From: Camelus ferus
Lineage: Eukaryota
Assembly: GCF_009834535.1 (NCBI RefSeq)
Contig: NC_045698.1
Span: 8,000,001 to 8,064,000 of the forward strand
Direction of reading: 5' to 3'
DNA length: 64,000 nucleotides
Under the pieces are notes generated by a model that made no database searches, was not told the DNA's origin, and saw nothing but the letters and a program-made list of their open reading frames with translations. Shown here one piece after another: positions 12,986 through 26,895 of the stretch (position 1 is its first letter; each line of letters opens with the position of its first letter). The translations under genes were made by a program, and so were the position numbers.

Positions 12986-14654
12986 AGAAGAGGAGCCATG
13001 AAAAATGGGACAGAGACGGAGCAGACAAAGGTTAAAAGTTTCACCGTAGATTCTAACCTGTTCTCTTTATCTCTTCTTTATCACAACTGGTAGAGGTTGT
13101 CAAGCAAACCTTGAAGCATGCTGGTGCTTCCTTACAGCTACTGAAGGCAATATGGAATAGGATTCCTTCTGCACTGGCTTAGTTTTTATTGGAAAGATAA
13201 TGCATTCGCTTGAATGTATGTTAAGTATCTAATAAATTTACATAAAATCTTAGGCAGGCACACATTTTCAGAAGGGCATATGGTACAGTAACACATTTGC
13301 TACAAAACATACTTAAGTGATTGCTGATAATGGACAAACTATTGAATATTTTTTGGCTAGATGATCATAGTAGAAAACACTTCTGGATGAAAACATAGGG
13401 AGCCCGTTTTTCTCTTTAATTTAATTTCCTTTCATTGCATGATTGTAAACCGCCTCAATGTGCAACATTCAGATATCACAGTCCTTTTTCTTATAATAGC
13501 AGCCTCCTAAAATTATATTCTTTGTTCAAGTTAAATCAAAATCTATAGAATACCTATAAATTAAAATCAGAAGTGTCACCTAAAGACACTGGATGGCTGA
13601 GATGAATACAGGTAAGCCCATGCTACGGGAAGGTGATTAGTAAAGAATTCATTTAGCTTATTTTATTAACCAGATGGTAATTGTTCTATTAGGCTTATAC
13701 GGTATATATCAAGAACATCTTTTGAACAAGAGCCCTGGAGAAACAGTCTTAGGGACTCTCTGCACACAGGGATGCTCATGCGGATGCATGCACGCACACA
13801 TGTGCACGTGAGAGCATGCGTGCCCAGGCACACACACACACAGCCTAAATTCAATAGAATGATGGACATTCCAAAGAGTCATGAGTCAGGGAGGAACCTA
13901 AGTTCGTCCCTCACTGGTTGTCAGCTTCCCCATGAGAACTCTGGGAAGCCAAAAGTCCCCTCCCTGCCACTACTCTCCTCCCAGACCTAGTTCCTGCTTT
14001 TACCCAGAAGACCACGCCGGCCACCTCTCACCTCACCTTTCTTCCTACGCAAGTCATCCAAATAAGCAAACGTGCAAACCGAATAGAGCCACTTTCCTGC
14101 TTAAACCCCTTCGCCAGTTTCCACTGTCCTTGGGATCAAGGTCTGGGAAGCGGGTGCTGCCTGGGAAAGGGGAGGGGCTGCCTGGGAGGAGGGAGGGGCC
14201 AGGGAGATGAAGCTGGAAAGCAAGGTTGGGGTGAGCTCCTGAAGGGCCTTTCACTGACACACAGAAAGTCTGGGCCTGGGCTGTGATCAGTATAATGACA
14301 AAGAATCTCAGGGACTTTAGACAGATTCAGGCTTCTAGAGCCTGCAGAAAAACAACCTTAAGCAATAGCATGAATAAGAACTGGGAGTCAGCGGCCAAGC
14401 TTCCCGGGTCACATGCTTCAATGCTTTGATCTTTAACTAGCCTTATGGAGTTTCTCTTCACGTCACAGTCTCCAGTGATGTAGACCTAGAGATGTTCAGG
14501 AACTTAAGTGGTACAGAAGAAATAAAACTCCAGCTATCTGCTTTCGCATAGACAGATTTAACCACACAACAATGATGCTTGCTGCAATCATTGCCTTGAA
14601 GCAATGTTTAAAACAGTGATTTTTTTAGACAATGTCTAAAAAATAACTATGTTT

Positions 14655-14848
14655 AAAACTGTCCCTGGGAGATATTTGACAATGCCTGAAGACATTTCTG
14701 GTTGTCACAACTGAAAGATGCTATTGGCATCCAGTGATCAGAGGCCAAGGATACTGTTCAACACCCTACAAAGCAGGGACCACCACCACAACAGAGAATT
14801 ATCTGTTCTCAGATATAACTGGAGACAGGGTTAAGGCACCCTGATCTA
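14655..14848 (-). mobile_element. MER20-like hAT DNA transposon
   Basis: Contains gacaatgcctgaagacatttctggttgtcacaactg...ggcatccagtg...gaggccaagg...gagaattatctg. Confidence 0.75.
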
Positions 14849-15414
14849 CCCATGTACTGTCTTTGATCACTTTTGTTAAGCAGGCCTGTTATAAATCTTT
14901 CACTCCCTGATGACTGTAGTAAAGTGGGCACAGGATTTGGCATCAGAATAATTAAGAAAGAGTTCGGAACGTGAACATCTGGCTTTCTCCCTTCCAGAGA
15001 ATAAATAAATACAGGACGGTTTCTGAGTGCTTGCCGGTCTTGGTTTCCATGGATCAAATACAATACCATCTATTTCATGGTATTATATTTTTAAATGACA
15101 CCATAAAATAACATATATGAAAGTGCTTGGCAAACTATTAAGAACTATATATACGCACACACTTAGATACATACTACAAACTGTTACTCTAAGACTGCTA
15201 TAAGGAATATATATATTTTAAATTTATATAACACTATTTAATTTTTTAAAAATAACCTTCTACTGACGTGTATTCAATTGGACACTATACGTATGTGAAG
15301 GAAAACAAGCGTAAGGAGAGACATTGTTTTCATTTGGAGTCTAAACTGGGCATTACCGTGTGCCATTTTGAAGTGATTTTTCCCCTTCCCCTTCCCAGGC
15401 AGGAGGCTAGGATG

Positions 15415-15692
15415 GGCAAGTTCTTTGGAAGCAGTCAGAGTTGGTTCAAATCCTGCTCGACCACAAACTCTCCCTGCTGCCGTGGGCTCCTGCCTGTGTC
15501 TTGTTCGCTGCTGCATCTCCATCACTGGCACGCGAAGTGTTCTCTGAGTCAGTGTCCACGGAGCCCATCTGTTACACTGAGATAACGATTCCTGCCTGGA
15601 AGGACTGTTGGGGTGATGAGACATAATACATACGAGCCCCTTCGAGCAATGTCGGGCACCCGGTGCAGGCCCTCAAGGAATGCCAGGTATTA
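15415..15692 (+). mobile_element. MIR SINE (interrupted)
   Basis: Contains ggttcaaatcctgctc...tctctgagtcagt...catctgttacactgagataa...ggcacccggtgcaggccctca. Confidence 0.6.
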
Positions 15693-16810
15693 TATGCTGG
15701 AAGAAGGAGAGAAGGTGAGAAAGAAGATCCATCTACAATTTTCTACAGAAGCCCAGCTCATAACTCTCATTTCTTACTGGGCTTCACTTTAGAAATGTTA
15801 ATGGAACTGGAGAATATGCAAATGTAACCTTTTCTCCATTAAAACTTGTCACACAGACCAACAATATTGTGACTAAATCCTCACTCTCCTAAGGACTATC
15901 TGAGTTGTTAAAATTACAAGGCACTTAGCACGGAGCTAAATAGCGAACAGTTTGAAATTTGTTACTATGTTATGCTGGCACTGAAAACCAGAGAGTGGAT
16001 GTACCGTCACAACATTTTCATCAAGTTTACTCCGGCACTGAGAAGAGCCCCAGGACAACCAGGGGCTTCAGGAATTCAAACTGTGATTTTTCAGCAAAGC
16101 TTCGTGTCAGGGGGACAGAGCTCACTTTGATTGCGAACACAATAAACCCCATTCGTGGCTGTATGGACATCTCAGTCATTTATCGTCTTCTGAACTCTGA
16201 CTAGAAGTTTTAAAGACCATAGTGGCTTGAACTTTTCCATCCAGAGCCATAAGGTGAGCTGTTTTGGTTTCTATTTGGCCTTGTTGGGATGACAGGGTTA
16301 GACGGTGACAGACACTGATCACAAGAACAAGTTAGATGGAATTTTTTTTTTATTTTACAAAATGGAGATATTTTTATTCTTGTTGAACAGTGAAAACTTA
16401 TCCAATGATAAACATATGGAAGTAGTAATGTCTTAAGTCTCATCCCTGAATAGTCTGTCGCCAAAACAAAAAGCTGCCCTATAGGGTTAATCATGTTTAA
16501 AAAACATATCTTTGCTTTCATATAAACAGTAGCACTGGAATGATGACCGCCTAGAAAGCAAGCTTGCATGTTATGGTTTTTAGAAAGAAATGGCTCTCTC
16601 CAGGCTTCACGTTTGAGAAAGGTAATGCAACAGAGCATTAACTCACTCAGCCACCGTTTCTTGACCTGTCTCGGAATGGAACAGCTGCACGGCTCCCTGT
16701 GGACACACTCAGTTCAAGGGCAGCTGGACACTGGGACCACCCAGTTCTTCCCTATTATCAGTGATCTGCTTCTTATCTAAAATCTGTGTGTATATACATG
16801 TAAATCTATA

Positions 16811-17204
16811 TTTTTAAATTGAAGTATAGTCGGTTACAATGTGTCAGTTTCTGGTGCACAGCGCATTGTCCCAATCATGCATATACATATATACACATAT
16901 ACACACACACATACATACATACACATATTAATTTTCATATTCTTTTTCATTAAAGGTTATTACAAGCTATTGAATATAGTTCCCTGTGCTGTACAGAAGA
17001 AATCTGGCTTTTATCTATTTTTATATGTAGTGGTTAACATTTGCAAATCTCAAACTCCCAAATTTATCCCTTCTCACCCCTATTCCCCTGGTAACCATAA
17101 AATTGTTTACTAAGTCTGAGAATCTGTTTCTGTTTTGTAGATGAGTTCATTAGTGTCCTTTTCTTTTCCTTTGTCCCCCCACATTTGAGTGATATCATAT
17201 GATA
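16811..17204 (-). mobile_element. L1 3' end, 5'-truncated
   Basis: Reverse complement matches the 3' UTR of the L1 at 25.2-26.9 kb (ttgaagtatagtcggttacaat...ttccctgtgctgtacag...ggtaaccata...gatatcatatgata). Confidence 0.88.
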
Positions 17205-17554
17205 TAAAATCTGTACGAGTAATTACACCCTCTCTTTGCATGAAATATTGAAGCAACTCACACAGACACATCATGTAGGATGACATGACGGAGCAGAAAT
17301 GAAAAACCCAGCACAGAAAAGGAAAATTCAAATGTTATGAGCGCAAGGTCAACATAATTACTTCATTTGTTTCCAATGTGACGTTTTCTCTACAAACAGC
17401 CCGCTATCGGAGAGGAATTACTAGAGGAGAGAAGGAGCCGCTCCTGACAAGTGGAAGGACCGAGTCCCCCAATTCGTGCGTGGGGACAACAGGAGGGAAG
17501 AATCTGACTCTCTACATCTGTCTCAGTATTTGTGGCTGGTCTCTGGTTAGGATA

Positions 17555-18607
17555 TGGTGGTGAACTAAATAACGCCCCGAAGATGTCCAGGTCCTCATGC
17601 CTGGAACCCATGAACGTTACCTTATGTGGCAAAACGAACTTCACAGAGAATAAAAAGGTAACAGACCACTGATGTAAGATGCTGTGCTGCTGCTTCTGAG
17701 GACGGAGGAGGGGCCGTGAGCCAAGGAATGCAGGCCTGCAGCAGCAGAAGCTGGAAAGGGCAAGAAAAGGGCTTTCCCCCAGAACCTCTAGAAGCAGCAC
17801 GGTCCTACTGAAACGGAGCAGGACCCTGTGGGGCCTTCCCAGGACAGACACGCCCCCTCGTGTCCTCCACCTGCCTCTTGTCAGTGGAAAACCCGTAGTC
17901 AAAGAATACGTTTAATCCGAGAAACAAGAAAGTACAGACACAAAGGGAAGTAGTCAAGCAAAATAATAATAGCTTTTTCTTTAAACAAAGTCGAGGACCT
18001 TTAGTTCCTCCTCCAGGGCTAGTTACAATATTCTGAGCCATGTCCTTCGAGCTGTTTTGTAGACACTGCAACCCCCACCAGGTGGAAGAAGTTAAACAAC
18101 ATGATGACCAGACCAAGGCCATGACCAAAGCTGCCACAATTCAGGGAACTGGCCTCAAGGATCTGGGAGGAAACTGACCCTGGAGCTGAAGAAGAACTGT
18201 ACTTAGAACAGCAAGATGACGCATGATCAATTCCAAGACGACCGTCAGGGCCGACTGTGCTGTTCTGCTCGTAGCCCCTCCCTCCACGTGCACGACCCTG
18301 AAACTCCCTGTCAGAAGCTCTTGCTCACTGACTGTCAGTGGGGGCCTGGCCTCTGGGCACAAGTCCGCCCCCTGGACCCCACAGTAAAGCAAACTTTCCT
18401 TTCTACCAACACATGCCTCTCCTTGCACTGGCTTTCGAGCGGCAAGCAGCCAGACTCAAGTTTCAGTGACACCACTGACACCTTGATTATGGCCCAGGAC
18501 ACCTGACTTCAGACTTCTGGCCTTCAGAACTGTAACAGAATAAACATGCATTGTTTAAGTCATCAACTTTGTGTGAATTTGTCCATCAGCCACAGGAAAT
18601 GAATGCA
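17555..18607 (+). mobile_element. MaLR LTR (MLT1D-like), split by an ERV1 LTR
   Basis: gatgtccaggtcctcatgcctggaacc...gttaccttatgtggcaaa before the insert; resumes after 18471 with tgacaccttgatt...cagaactgtaacagaataaa. Confidence 0.8.
17809..18471 (+). mobile_element. ERV1-class solo LTR (copy B, same family as 9941-10633)
   Basis: TG...CA termini and approximate TSD CTAC/CCAC. Shares GGGGCCTTCCCAGGACAGACAC, AATATTCTGAGCCAT and GGTGGAAGAAGTTAA with copy A. Confidence 0.85.
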
Positions 18608-19034
18608 GGTGCCCATCTGACTTCAGGATACGGTCCTTTTAAGTCCAGAAGAGACTACCCCATTGGGGTGATTTAAGGACATTCTATATCCTTAGAGGAG
18701 CTGTTTGGAGCATCTTAAGAGTGACCACCTCCAATTCATGTCTCTGGGAGCCCTCCCTGACTTCTGATTATCCGGTGGATGCCTCTGCTAATTTATTCTG
18801 ACTTCCAAATCACCTCCTGTTTATCTGTTTGGAACTGCAGCTTCCCCTCAGCTTCAGCAGAGCCAGCGGCCATCACTTCTCACCATATTCAGCCATGAGC
18901 TACTCACTCCGCCAGTCAATGTTCACCGAGTGGCCACTGCGTGTCAAGCCACTGGAGATGCAGTGTTGAATCCAGCGACAGTCCCTGTCCTTGGGGAACC
19001 ATCTAGTGATGATTGGCAATTAAATTTTTTGAAC

Positions 19035-19219
19035 TTTTTTTTATTGAGTTATAGTCATTTTACAATGTTGTGTCAATTTCCAGTGTAGAGCACAATTTTT
19101 CAGTTACACATGAACATACATATATTCATTGTCACGTTTTGTTTCGCTGTGAGCGACCACAAGATCTTGCACACACTTCCCTGTGCTACACAGTATAATC
19201 TTCTTTATCTATTCTACAT
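19035..19219 (-). mobile_element. Young L1 3' end fragment (same subfamily as 56244-56849)
   Basis: Poly(T) followed by the reverse complement of the 56.64-56.82 kb sequence. Flanked by the TSD-like pair TGGCAATTAAATTTTTTGAA (19014-19033) and TGGCAATTAATTATTGAA (19223-19240). Confidence 0.88.
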
Positions 19220-19275
19220 AACTGGCAATTAATTATTGAAAGAGCAAAATATATTATTTGCCAGAGAGTGGTAAG

Positions 19276-19711
19276 TGTGTATAGGGTTGAACAGTGTCCC
19301 CCACAAATGAAACTTGAGAATATAACCTTATGTGAAATAGGTTCCTTGCAGATGTAATGAATGATCAAGATGGGATCTCATTGGATTAGGATGGGACCTA
19401 CATCTGATGACAGTGTCTTCATAAGAGACACAGAAGGACACACACAGACAGAGAGAGAAAGGTGATGTAAAGGTGGAGGCAGAGATTGGAGTGAAGTGGC
19501 CACAAGCCAAGGGATGCCCAGGATTGCCTGCAACTGTGAGAGGAGGATGAAGGCGTGGCACGGTTTCTCCTTCAGAGTCCCTAGAAGGGACTGACCCTGC
19601 CAACACTGTGAGTTGGGACTTCTGATCTCCTGAACTCTTAAGAGTATTTCTGTTGTTTTAAGCCACCCAGTTGGTGGTACTCTGTAAAGGGAGCCACTGA
19701 AAAGTGATACA
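19276..19711 (+). mobile_element. MaLR LTR (MLT1B/C-like)
   Basis: Contains tagggttgaacagtgtccccc...gcagatgtaat...gaggcagagattggagtga...ttttaagccacccagttggtgg. Confidence 0.85.
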
Positions 19712-19719
19712 AATGTGGT

Positions 19720-20300
19720 GGGAAAAATAAAGCAGAGTAGACGTGGGAAACGTGTGTATGTGTGTGTGCGGTGTGGGTGGGGTTTGTTCTTGCAAAGACA
19801 GTGGCTGTGGACGACCTCCCTGAGAAGGCGACCTGGGGCAGAGACCTACAGGTGGTGCCGGGTGGAACGAGTGCCCCAGGAAGGGAGAAGACGGACAGGA
19901 CTCCAAGGCAGGAGTGTGCCTGGAGAGTCAGAACAGAGGGGAGAGGGCCAGTGAAGGAGTGAGCCCTGGGGAGTTGCCGAGAGAGGCAACAGGCCCAGAT
20001 CACATGGCCTTTGTCAGCCTTGGCAGGCCACTGGCTTCTGCTCTGATAGACACAGGAGCCACCTGAGTGTCATGATCTGGTTCACATTTCTAAAGGACCA
20101 CTTTGTCAGTGGTTACATGGATGTACCCATCTGTCAACACTCAAACTGCAGGCCAAAACGGTGCACTCACTGTATAATAATTACACCTCGGTGAAGCCGG
20201 GTTTACCCAGGGCAGCCCTCTGGCTGCAGTGTTGAAAACAGACTCTAGGGGGCAGAATGGAGGCGGAGGATGGATCAGGTGGCTCCTGCAGGGATCCTGG
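19720..20300 (-). mobile_element. L2 fragments, with a short old L1 3' piece near 20110-20195
   Basis: cctccctgagaaggcgacctggggcagagacc...ggcccagatcacatggcc...gagtgtcatgatctgg are L2-like motifs. Confidence 0.5.
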
Positions 20301-22804
20301 TGAGGGGGATGGTGGCTCGGCAGAAGGTGCGGAGAAGTGGAGGGAGTCTGGGTGCTCTGCGAAGGCAGAGCCTTAGCGGTTCCCGATGGGCTGCATGTGG
20401 AGTGTGTGAGGGAAACAGACGCCCAGGGAACCCCTCCCGCAAGCCCCCCGGACTCCCACTCGCTGCTCCCCGTTAACTGGCGACGCCCGACTCCACCTCT
20501 CAGCCCCAGCCCGCAGCCAGTGGGGTGGACTGGTCAGGCTAGGACCCCTTTTGGGGACTGGCATCTATTACTTCAGACTAAGAAGGGGCAATTTCAACTA
20601 GCAAGTTTTCTACTGGCTGCTTAAATGGAGAGAGACAAAGAGTAAAATAATGAGAAAATGATTTCTGAACTCTTGTGGGTACTGGTGCCTTAAATAAATC
20701 TTAGCAGGGCGATGGGCTTTTTCTCAGAAATCAATTTATTACGAGTTGAGAGCTGAAAATAATGTAAAATGATCAACCAAAATTTATGCTATTATTTATC
20801 AGTTTTCATCACATGCATTTTAAGTACCAGTGATTTTCTGCTTCTGTTGAAGACTTCTAGAAGTCCACTCGATTACCAAGAATACTATCCATTTTACTGC
20901 AATACCTATTCAGTAACAATTAAGTTTAAAATACTATTTATTTATTCATGAATGCAACTAGACTTTTTCAATAAAAATATGCTCCCCGAGGAAAAATTAA
21001 TTTCATATAGAAGCATTTAGTTGCCTTGGAAATTCTAATAGGATGTGCTTAGTGATGATAGCATGGGAAAAAATGACAAATTAGTATCCAAAACTTATCC
21101 TTGTGAGCCATAATGACTTTATGGAAAATGTTTATATTGTATGACTGTATACCCGTTTTCAAATTAACAATCCATGATGCTTGGGAAAATCACCTGGACC
21201 TCTGAACCTTCAGTGGCAACAAGAGGAAAGGGATGTGATGACCGAGATCTGGGGTAGGAGCACATGATTCAAGTGTGTTTAGGCAAGTTTTTACCTTGTC
21301 AGTGTCAGAAGACAATCACAATTTTGCCTCAGGATTAGACCAAGAATTTGAGGAAAAAGCCACAAAGGCCTTGACCATCTTTAAAGGGTTTTATTATACT
21401 ATATACACGTGTGTGTGGACTAAAGGTAGCTTAATACTAAATAATATTAAATAATGGACTAGAAATATACTGTATATAAATCATAAATGAAGCACACATA
21501 AATTAGGTAACCGTATCATCTGACAATTCTCTGTTAAAATAGTGCTTTTAATGATTCTGTTCATGAAAACGTCTCGACTTCTGACAGAAGTTATAATTAT
21601 ATTGAGAGATGTGTTCTAAATGCAAGCACACCATCTTTTAAGATTCCATGGGAGGCTCCATGTTTCTGAAAGTAAGAACCTATCCCATGGCACCTGCTGT
21701 GGTGCCTTTACAACGCAAGCTGTGAGCACATGTTTGAGGGCTGACTGCTAACCAGAGTCCAGTCTTGGCCATAGCAATGACTTTACCACATTGATTTTAG
21801 TCCTGCAAATATCTGAAGCATGCTTCACACATACAATTTCACCTCTGTCACCTTATTTTAGTTCTTCAAAGGATGACAACTCAGTTTATTGCAGATAACA
21901 TTGAACAGAGATACTTCCTTTAAATAAAACTTTAATAGGATTCTAACAAGATTTGGTCTAGAAGAGGTACGAAGTGAGAAAGTTGTTCCAAGATATTCTT
22001 TAAAATCAGGTAACAAATTATTTGAAAATGGCATCTATGCCTTGTCTCCTTCTAGAAGTATTTGATAGGGCTTTTAACGAATCAGGAAAAGTTCTAGGTC
22101 CTGGGGATATGAATATTGAATCCTGACTACACATCACTTAGAGTTCAGTAGGGAAGACAGACTATGAATAAGTAATGATCATACACTGAGTAAGAGACAT
22201 TATTCATCAATGCAAAAGCTGCAGTTAAAGCCCCTCCAGGTGCCCTCTTTTCTTCTGGATGGTGCTGGATTCAAATCAATCTAAACAATGGCAGAAATAG
22301 TCATTACTAACATTAATAAATCACTATACCACCATGAAAACTCATAATAATGGCTTATAATTTTCAGAACTACATATGCATTCTATTTGAATTTCTTTCC
22401 ATTTCAGAATGGGAAGGGGCCTTAGCCAGCATTTTGTGTGCTCATGGTGGATAGTGGGAAATTCAGGTCAGACAGTTCAGTGACTGGACCCAAGTCACAA
22501 GTAAGTCCATGCGTAGAACCTGGTGGCCAGCTGTCAAGGTTTGAAGCTTACTCACAGCCAAGATAACCCATCCATCAGTCTGCTCTGCAGTGCACTCGGC
22601 CTCCAGTTCCAAACACTGGTTTCTGCCTCTGGACTGTAGTGGTCAATAACATGGGAGCAGAATTATCTAGTAGAAAAAGCATACTTCCTTCTAAGAAGGA
22701 AGAGAACACTCATTCTCATGGCTCTGTGGATAACTTCCTGATGCACCTGGGCTCATGTGGTAAAAGGTGGTGGTATACAGGAAGAGTAAACTTCAAAAAG
22801 CAAG

Positions 22805-23330
22805 TTGTTAGCAGGCTGATGCCATCCAGCCGAGACCACCAGGAGCACACACACCTGTGGCTGAACAAGACTGAGCGTATTGTTCCCAAGAAACAACCTA
22901 CACCACGAGACTGTGGGGCACTTACAGGGTTTGGGCTTGGTGCTTTGGGCAGATTCAAGGGAGCAGAACTTTGCCCTGGATTGGCTGCTGTCAGGATGAG
23001 GGGGAAGTTCTGTGACTGAGTATCTTAAAGATTCTTATCCAGAAGGAGGAAAGAGCAGAGCAAGGCTCAAGCCATGACTGGTGAAGAAACAGCAGTCATT
23101 CAAATTAGGATAGAGGGCTGTTTTCATCAGTTTCAACATGGCACTGCTCATGTTTTGTCTGTGTTCAGACAGGACTACGGGGGGGCATTCTTGATTTTGT
23201 CTTGAACCATCACTGTCAGAGTGGCCTCATGCGATGCTGATATTCTGTGAAATTGTTTATACACAGAAGAACACCAAGACTTCTCTGTGGATGCCTGGCC
23301 AGCTCTTCCTTTTCTTGGCCACAAGGCATG
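22805..23330. mobile_element. Probable degenerate ERV LTR, family uncertain
   Basis: LTR-like composition and motifs (gagtatcttaaagattcttatc...ggtgaagaaacagcagtcatt...). No clear termini. Confidence 0.35.
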
Positions 23331-25194
23331 GGCTCCCCAGATCCAAGGGGGTCACAGAAAGGGAAGGGAAGGTGTCAATGACAAACGTTCCCTTGACACT
23401 GGCTGGCTCTGCAGAGGTGTCATTCTGGGGGTTAAAATGCTGTTCTTAAGCCCTGTCAACATGATACCAAAACTACAAGAGAAAACACAAGGAAAGAAAA
23501 GAGGAAAAATCAGTTGCTCCGTCTCCATGAAGCTACACTCCAACTCTTTTTTCGTATCGTTGACTGGTTATTTTGAAATCTTATAGACAGCAAGTCTGAC
23601 ACCTGACTGTAACTGCTGATGAATGACTTCAGGTAACACATCTCTTAGCATTTTGCAGTAGTTGGTATTGTTACCTCAAATGCATTAGAAACGGGAGGAA
23701 AGCTTTTGGGTGTTGTTGTTTATCTCTATGATACGGAAAAAAAGCCCTCCAAATCACCATTTATTTAGGTCTGTGGTTACCAGCGCCAATGTCAAAAACA
23801 CACCTATCTGGGCCTATTGTTTCACTTTTCCCTTAAAGGAATTCTAAAGAGGCTGTGGATATTCTGGGCAAATTCCTAATACGAGGGAAAAAAAGAACTA
23901 TAATGTCCAAGGGGTCGTTCACAATTATTTCTCATAACTAGACATGAGGTGCCTAGGAATCCCATCCAGAGATATTTTCTTTGATCATATTTCCCAATAT
24001 TTTTGCAACAAAACTGTTAATTTACCTCCATTTCTGGATGTTCCTAAATATAAAATATGGAGGATATATCCACCTTTCACTTTGAATAAAATAACCAACA
24101 CTGGTTATTTATTAGTAGTTCCTGTGGATGATGGGTGAGAGGGGTAGGGACTGGCCAGCTGTACACCATCATACTGGAAGCTTCCATATGTGTGTAACAG
24201 AATTCATTAAACCTTCTTTTTTAAACTGCCATAGTGAAAAAAAAAAAAAAAAAGAAGGTATCTCTTTCAAGATACAAGTGTTCATTACCTTTAATTCCTT
24301 TAGCTGCTACACATTGATGAATCTTAGACTAGGCTTTATTACCTCTGCGTCCACCTAACTCTCAGTAGAATGGCTGTGATCAATTTGAAAATTAATTGAA
24401 AAGTTTGCAGTGAGTTTAAAGATACTGTCTCTTACCACTGCTATAGACTTTATAATTTAAAACGAGGTAGATATGTGGACAGGACTGATGGACTAGTTTT
24501 GAATACAGGAAAAATGAGAAAGTGGCAGATGGAGTTTTCTTTATGCAACAAATAAAGACATACGATATTTCTTTTACCTTTTTCATTCATTAACTATTAT
24601 GTTTTCTTAATTAACTATTTCTTTATTTACTAGAAAAGCATTATTTTAAATTTAGCAGTGAACTAAAGTCACAAGGAAATAAATAATTTGGATCTTGAAA
24701 AAAATAATTTCATATTTAATTGTATAAACTTATTTTTTTTAAAATGAGTATTTTTTTCTTTGTGAGAAGTGACTGAACACAATAAATGGGCAGAGCTTGA
24801 CTTTATATAATTTCAGAGGTTCAGACTTCCTGGGTCACAGGGCCCTTTGTGTCTATAAGTTATTCACACGGTGCCCCTGGGCCAAAAGATGCCCGACTGT
24901 TCCATTTGTTAAGAAGTCAGGTCCAAACAACTTAAGAGTTGTCTCTGTCCTGACAAGCTAGCTCCTTCTGCACCACATACAACTTCTCAAACCTTGGCAT
25001 CAGACGTTGCCCTCTCCAGTTCCTCTTATGTCAATGTTCACATGAAACTTGTTTTTGAGAGAAACCTCTGAAAATCCAGGTCTGCCAAGTTATGACATCA
25101 TCTGGTGTGGCACAACTGAATTTTGAAACTGAACTAACTCAAGCTCATGCTTTACTTGGTGCCCGACAGACATTGTGTTTCCCTCAAAAACTTA

Positions 25195-26895
25195 AATTTC
25201 CCTCAAATTATCCAGGACATTTTTCACAAAACTAGAACAAATAATTATAAAATTTATATTGAATGATAAAAGACCCAGAATTGCTAAAGCAATCTTGAGG
25301 AAAAAGAAGGAAGCTGGAGGCATAATCCTCCCAGACTTCAGACACCACCACAAAGTTACAGTAATCAAACAGTGTGGTATTGGCCCAAAAACAGACATAT
25401 AAATCAATGGAACAGAACAGAGAGCCCAGAAATAAATCCATTCACCTACAGTCAATTAATCTTCGACAAAGGAGGCAAAAATATACAATGGAGAAAAGAC
25501 AGTCTCTTCAGCAAGTCGTGTTGGAAAGCTAGACAGCCACATGTAAATCAATGAAGTTAGAACACTCTCTCACACCATACACAAAAATAAACTCCAAATG
25601 GCTTAAAGACTAAAATATAAGACATGACACCATAAAACTCTTAGAAGAGAACATAGGCAAACCAGTCTCTGACATAAACTGTAATAATGTTTTCTTAGGT
25701 GGGTCTCCCAAGGCAAAAGAAATAAAAGCAAAAATAAACAAATGGGACCTAATCAAACGTAAAAGCTTTTGCACAGCAAAGGAAACCATAAACAAAAAGA
25801 AAAGACAACCTACAGACCGGGAGAAAACATTTGCACATGATGTGAACAACAAGGACTTAATTTCCAAAATACACCAACAGCGCATACAACTCAATAACAA
25901 AAAGTAAAAAAAAAAAAAAACAAAAATAAACAGTCCAATCAAAAAATAGGCAGAAGACCTAAACAGTCATTTCTTCAAAGAAGACATACAGATGGCCAAC
26001 AGGCATATGAAAAGATGCTCAATATTGCTAATTATTAGAGAAATGCAAATCAAAACTACAATGAGGTATCATCATCTCACAACAGTCAGAATGACCATCA
26101 TCAAAAGTCTACAAATAATACATGCTGGAGAGGCTGTGGAGAAAAGGGAACCCTCCTACACTGTTGGTGGGAATGTAAACTGGTACAGCCACTGTGGAGG
26201 ACAGTATGGAAGGTTCTTTAAAAACCTAAAAATAGAGTTACCGTATGATCCAGCAATCCCACTCCTGGGATTTTCATAGTTTCATACAGAAAAGATGAAA
26301 ACTCTAATTCGAAAAGATACATGCACCCCAATGTTCATAATAGCATTATTTCCATTGTGTATATATACATGTATATATATGTATACACACACACACACAC
26401 ACACACATACACACACATATATACACACACACAATAGAATTTTACTCAGTCATAAAAAAGAATGAAATAATGCCATTTGTAGCAACTTGGATGGACTTGG
26501 AGATGATCATACTAAGTGAAGTAAGTCACACAAAGACAACTATCATATGAGATCACTTATATGTGGAATCTAAAAAAAGTAATACAAATCAACTTATTTA
26601 CAAAACAGAAAGAGACTTACCTAGAAAACAAACATGGTTACCAAAGGGGAAGGTGGAAGAGGGATAAATTAGGAGTTTGAGATTAGCAAATACACACTAC
26701 TGTATATAAAATAGATAAACAACAAGGACCTACTGTACAGCACAGGGAACTATGTCCAATATCTTGTAATAATCTATAATGAGAAAGAATATGAAAAAGA
26801 ATATGTATGTATAACTAAATCACTCTGCTGTACACCAGAAACTAATACAACATTGTAAGTCAATTATACCTCAATAAAAGCAAGTAACAAAAAAC
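25195..26895 (+). mobile_element. 5'-truncated L1 (C-terminal ORF2 remnant plus 3' UTR), apparently inserted in a hAT-like relic
   Basis: ORF fragments [22 protein letters not shown]...[19 protein letters not shown] and [10 protein letters not shown]...[12 protein letters not shown]...VGGNVNW...[12 protein letters not shown] are L1 ORF2, broken by stops and frameshifts. AATAAA lies near 26874 and there is an internal (TA)n(CA)n tract at about 26355-26432. Confidence 0.95.

Noticed and set aside
13775..13842. Z-DNA or RBFOX motif cluster in an alternating purine-pyrimidine tract
   Set aside because: It looks like a decayed (CA)n/(TGCA)n microsatellite, and such motifs are expected from that composition.
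25195..26280. Active L1 ORF2 / reverse transcriptase gene
   Set aside because: 5'-truncated, with multiple stops and frameshifts and an internal A-run expansion.
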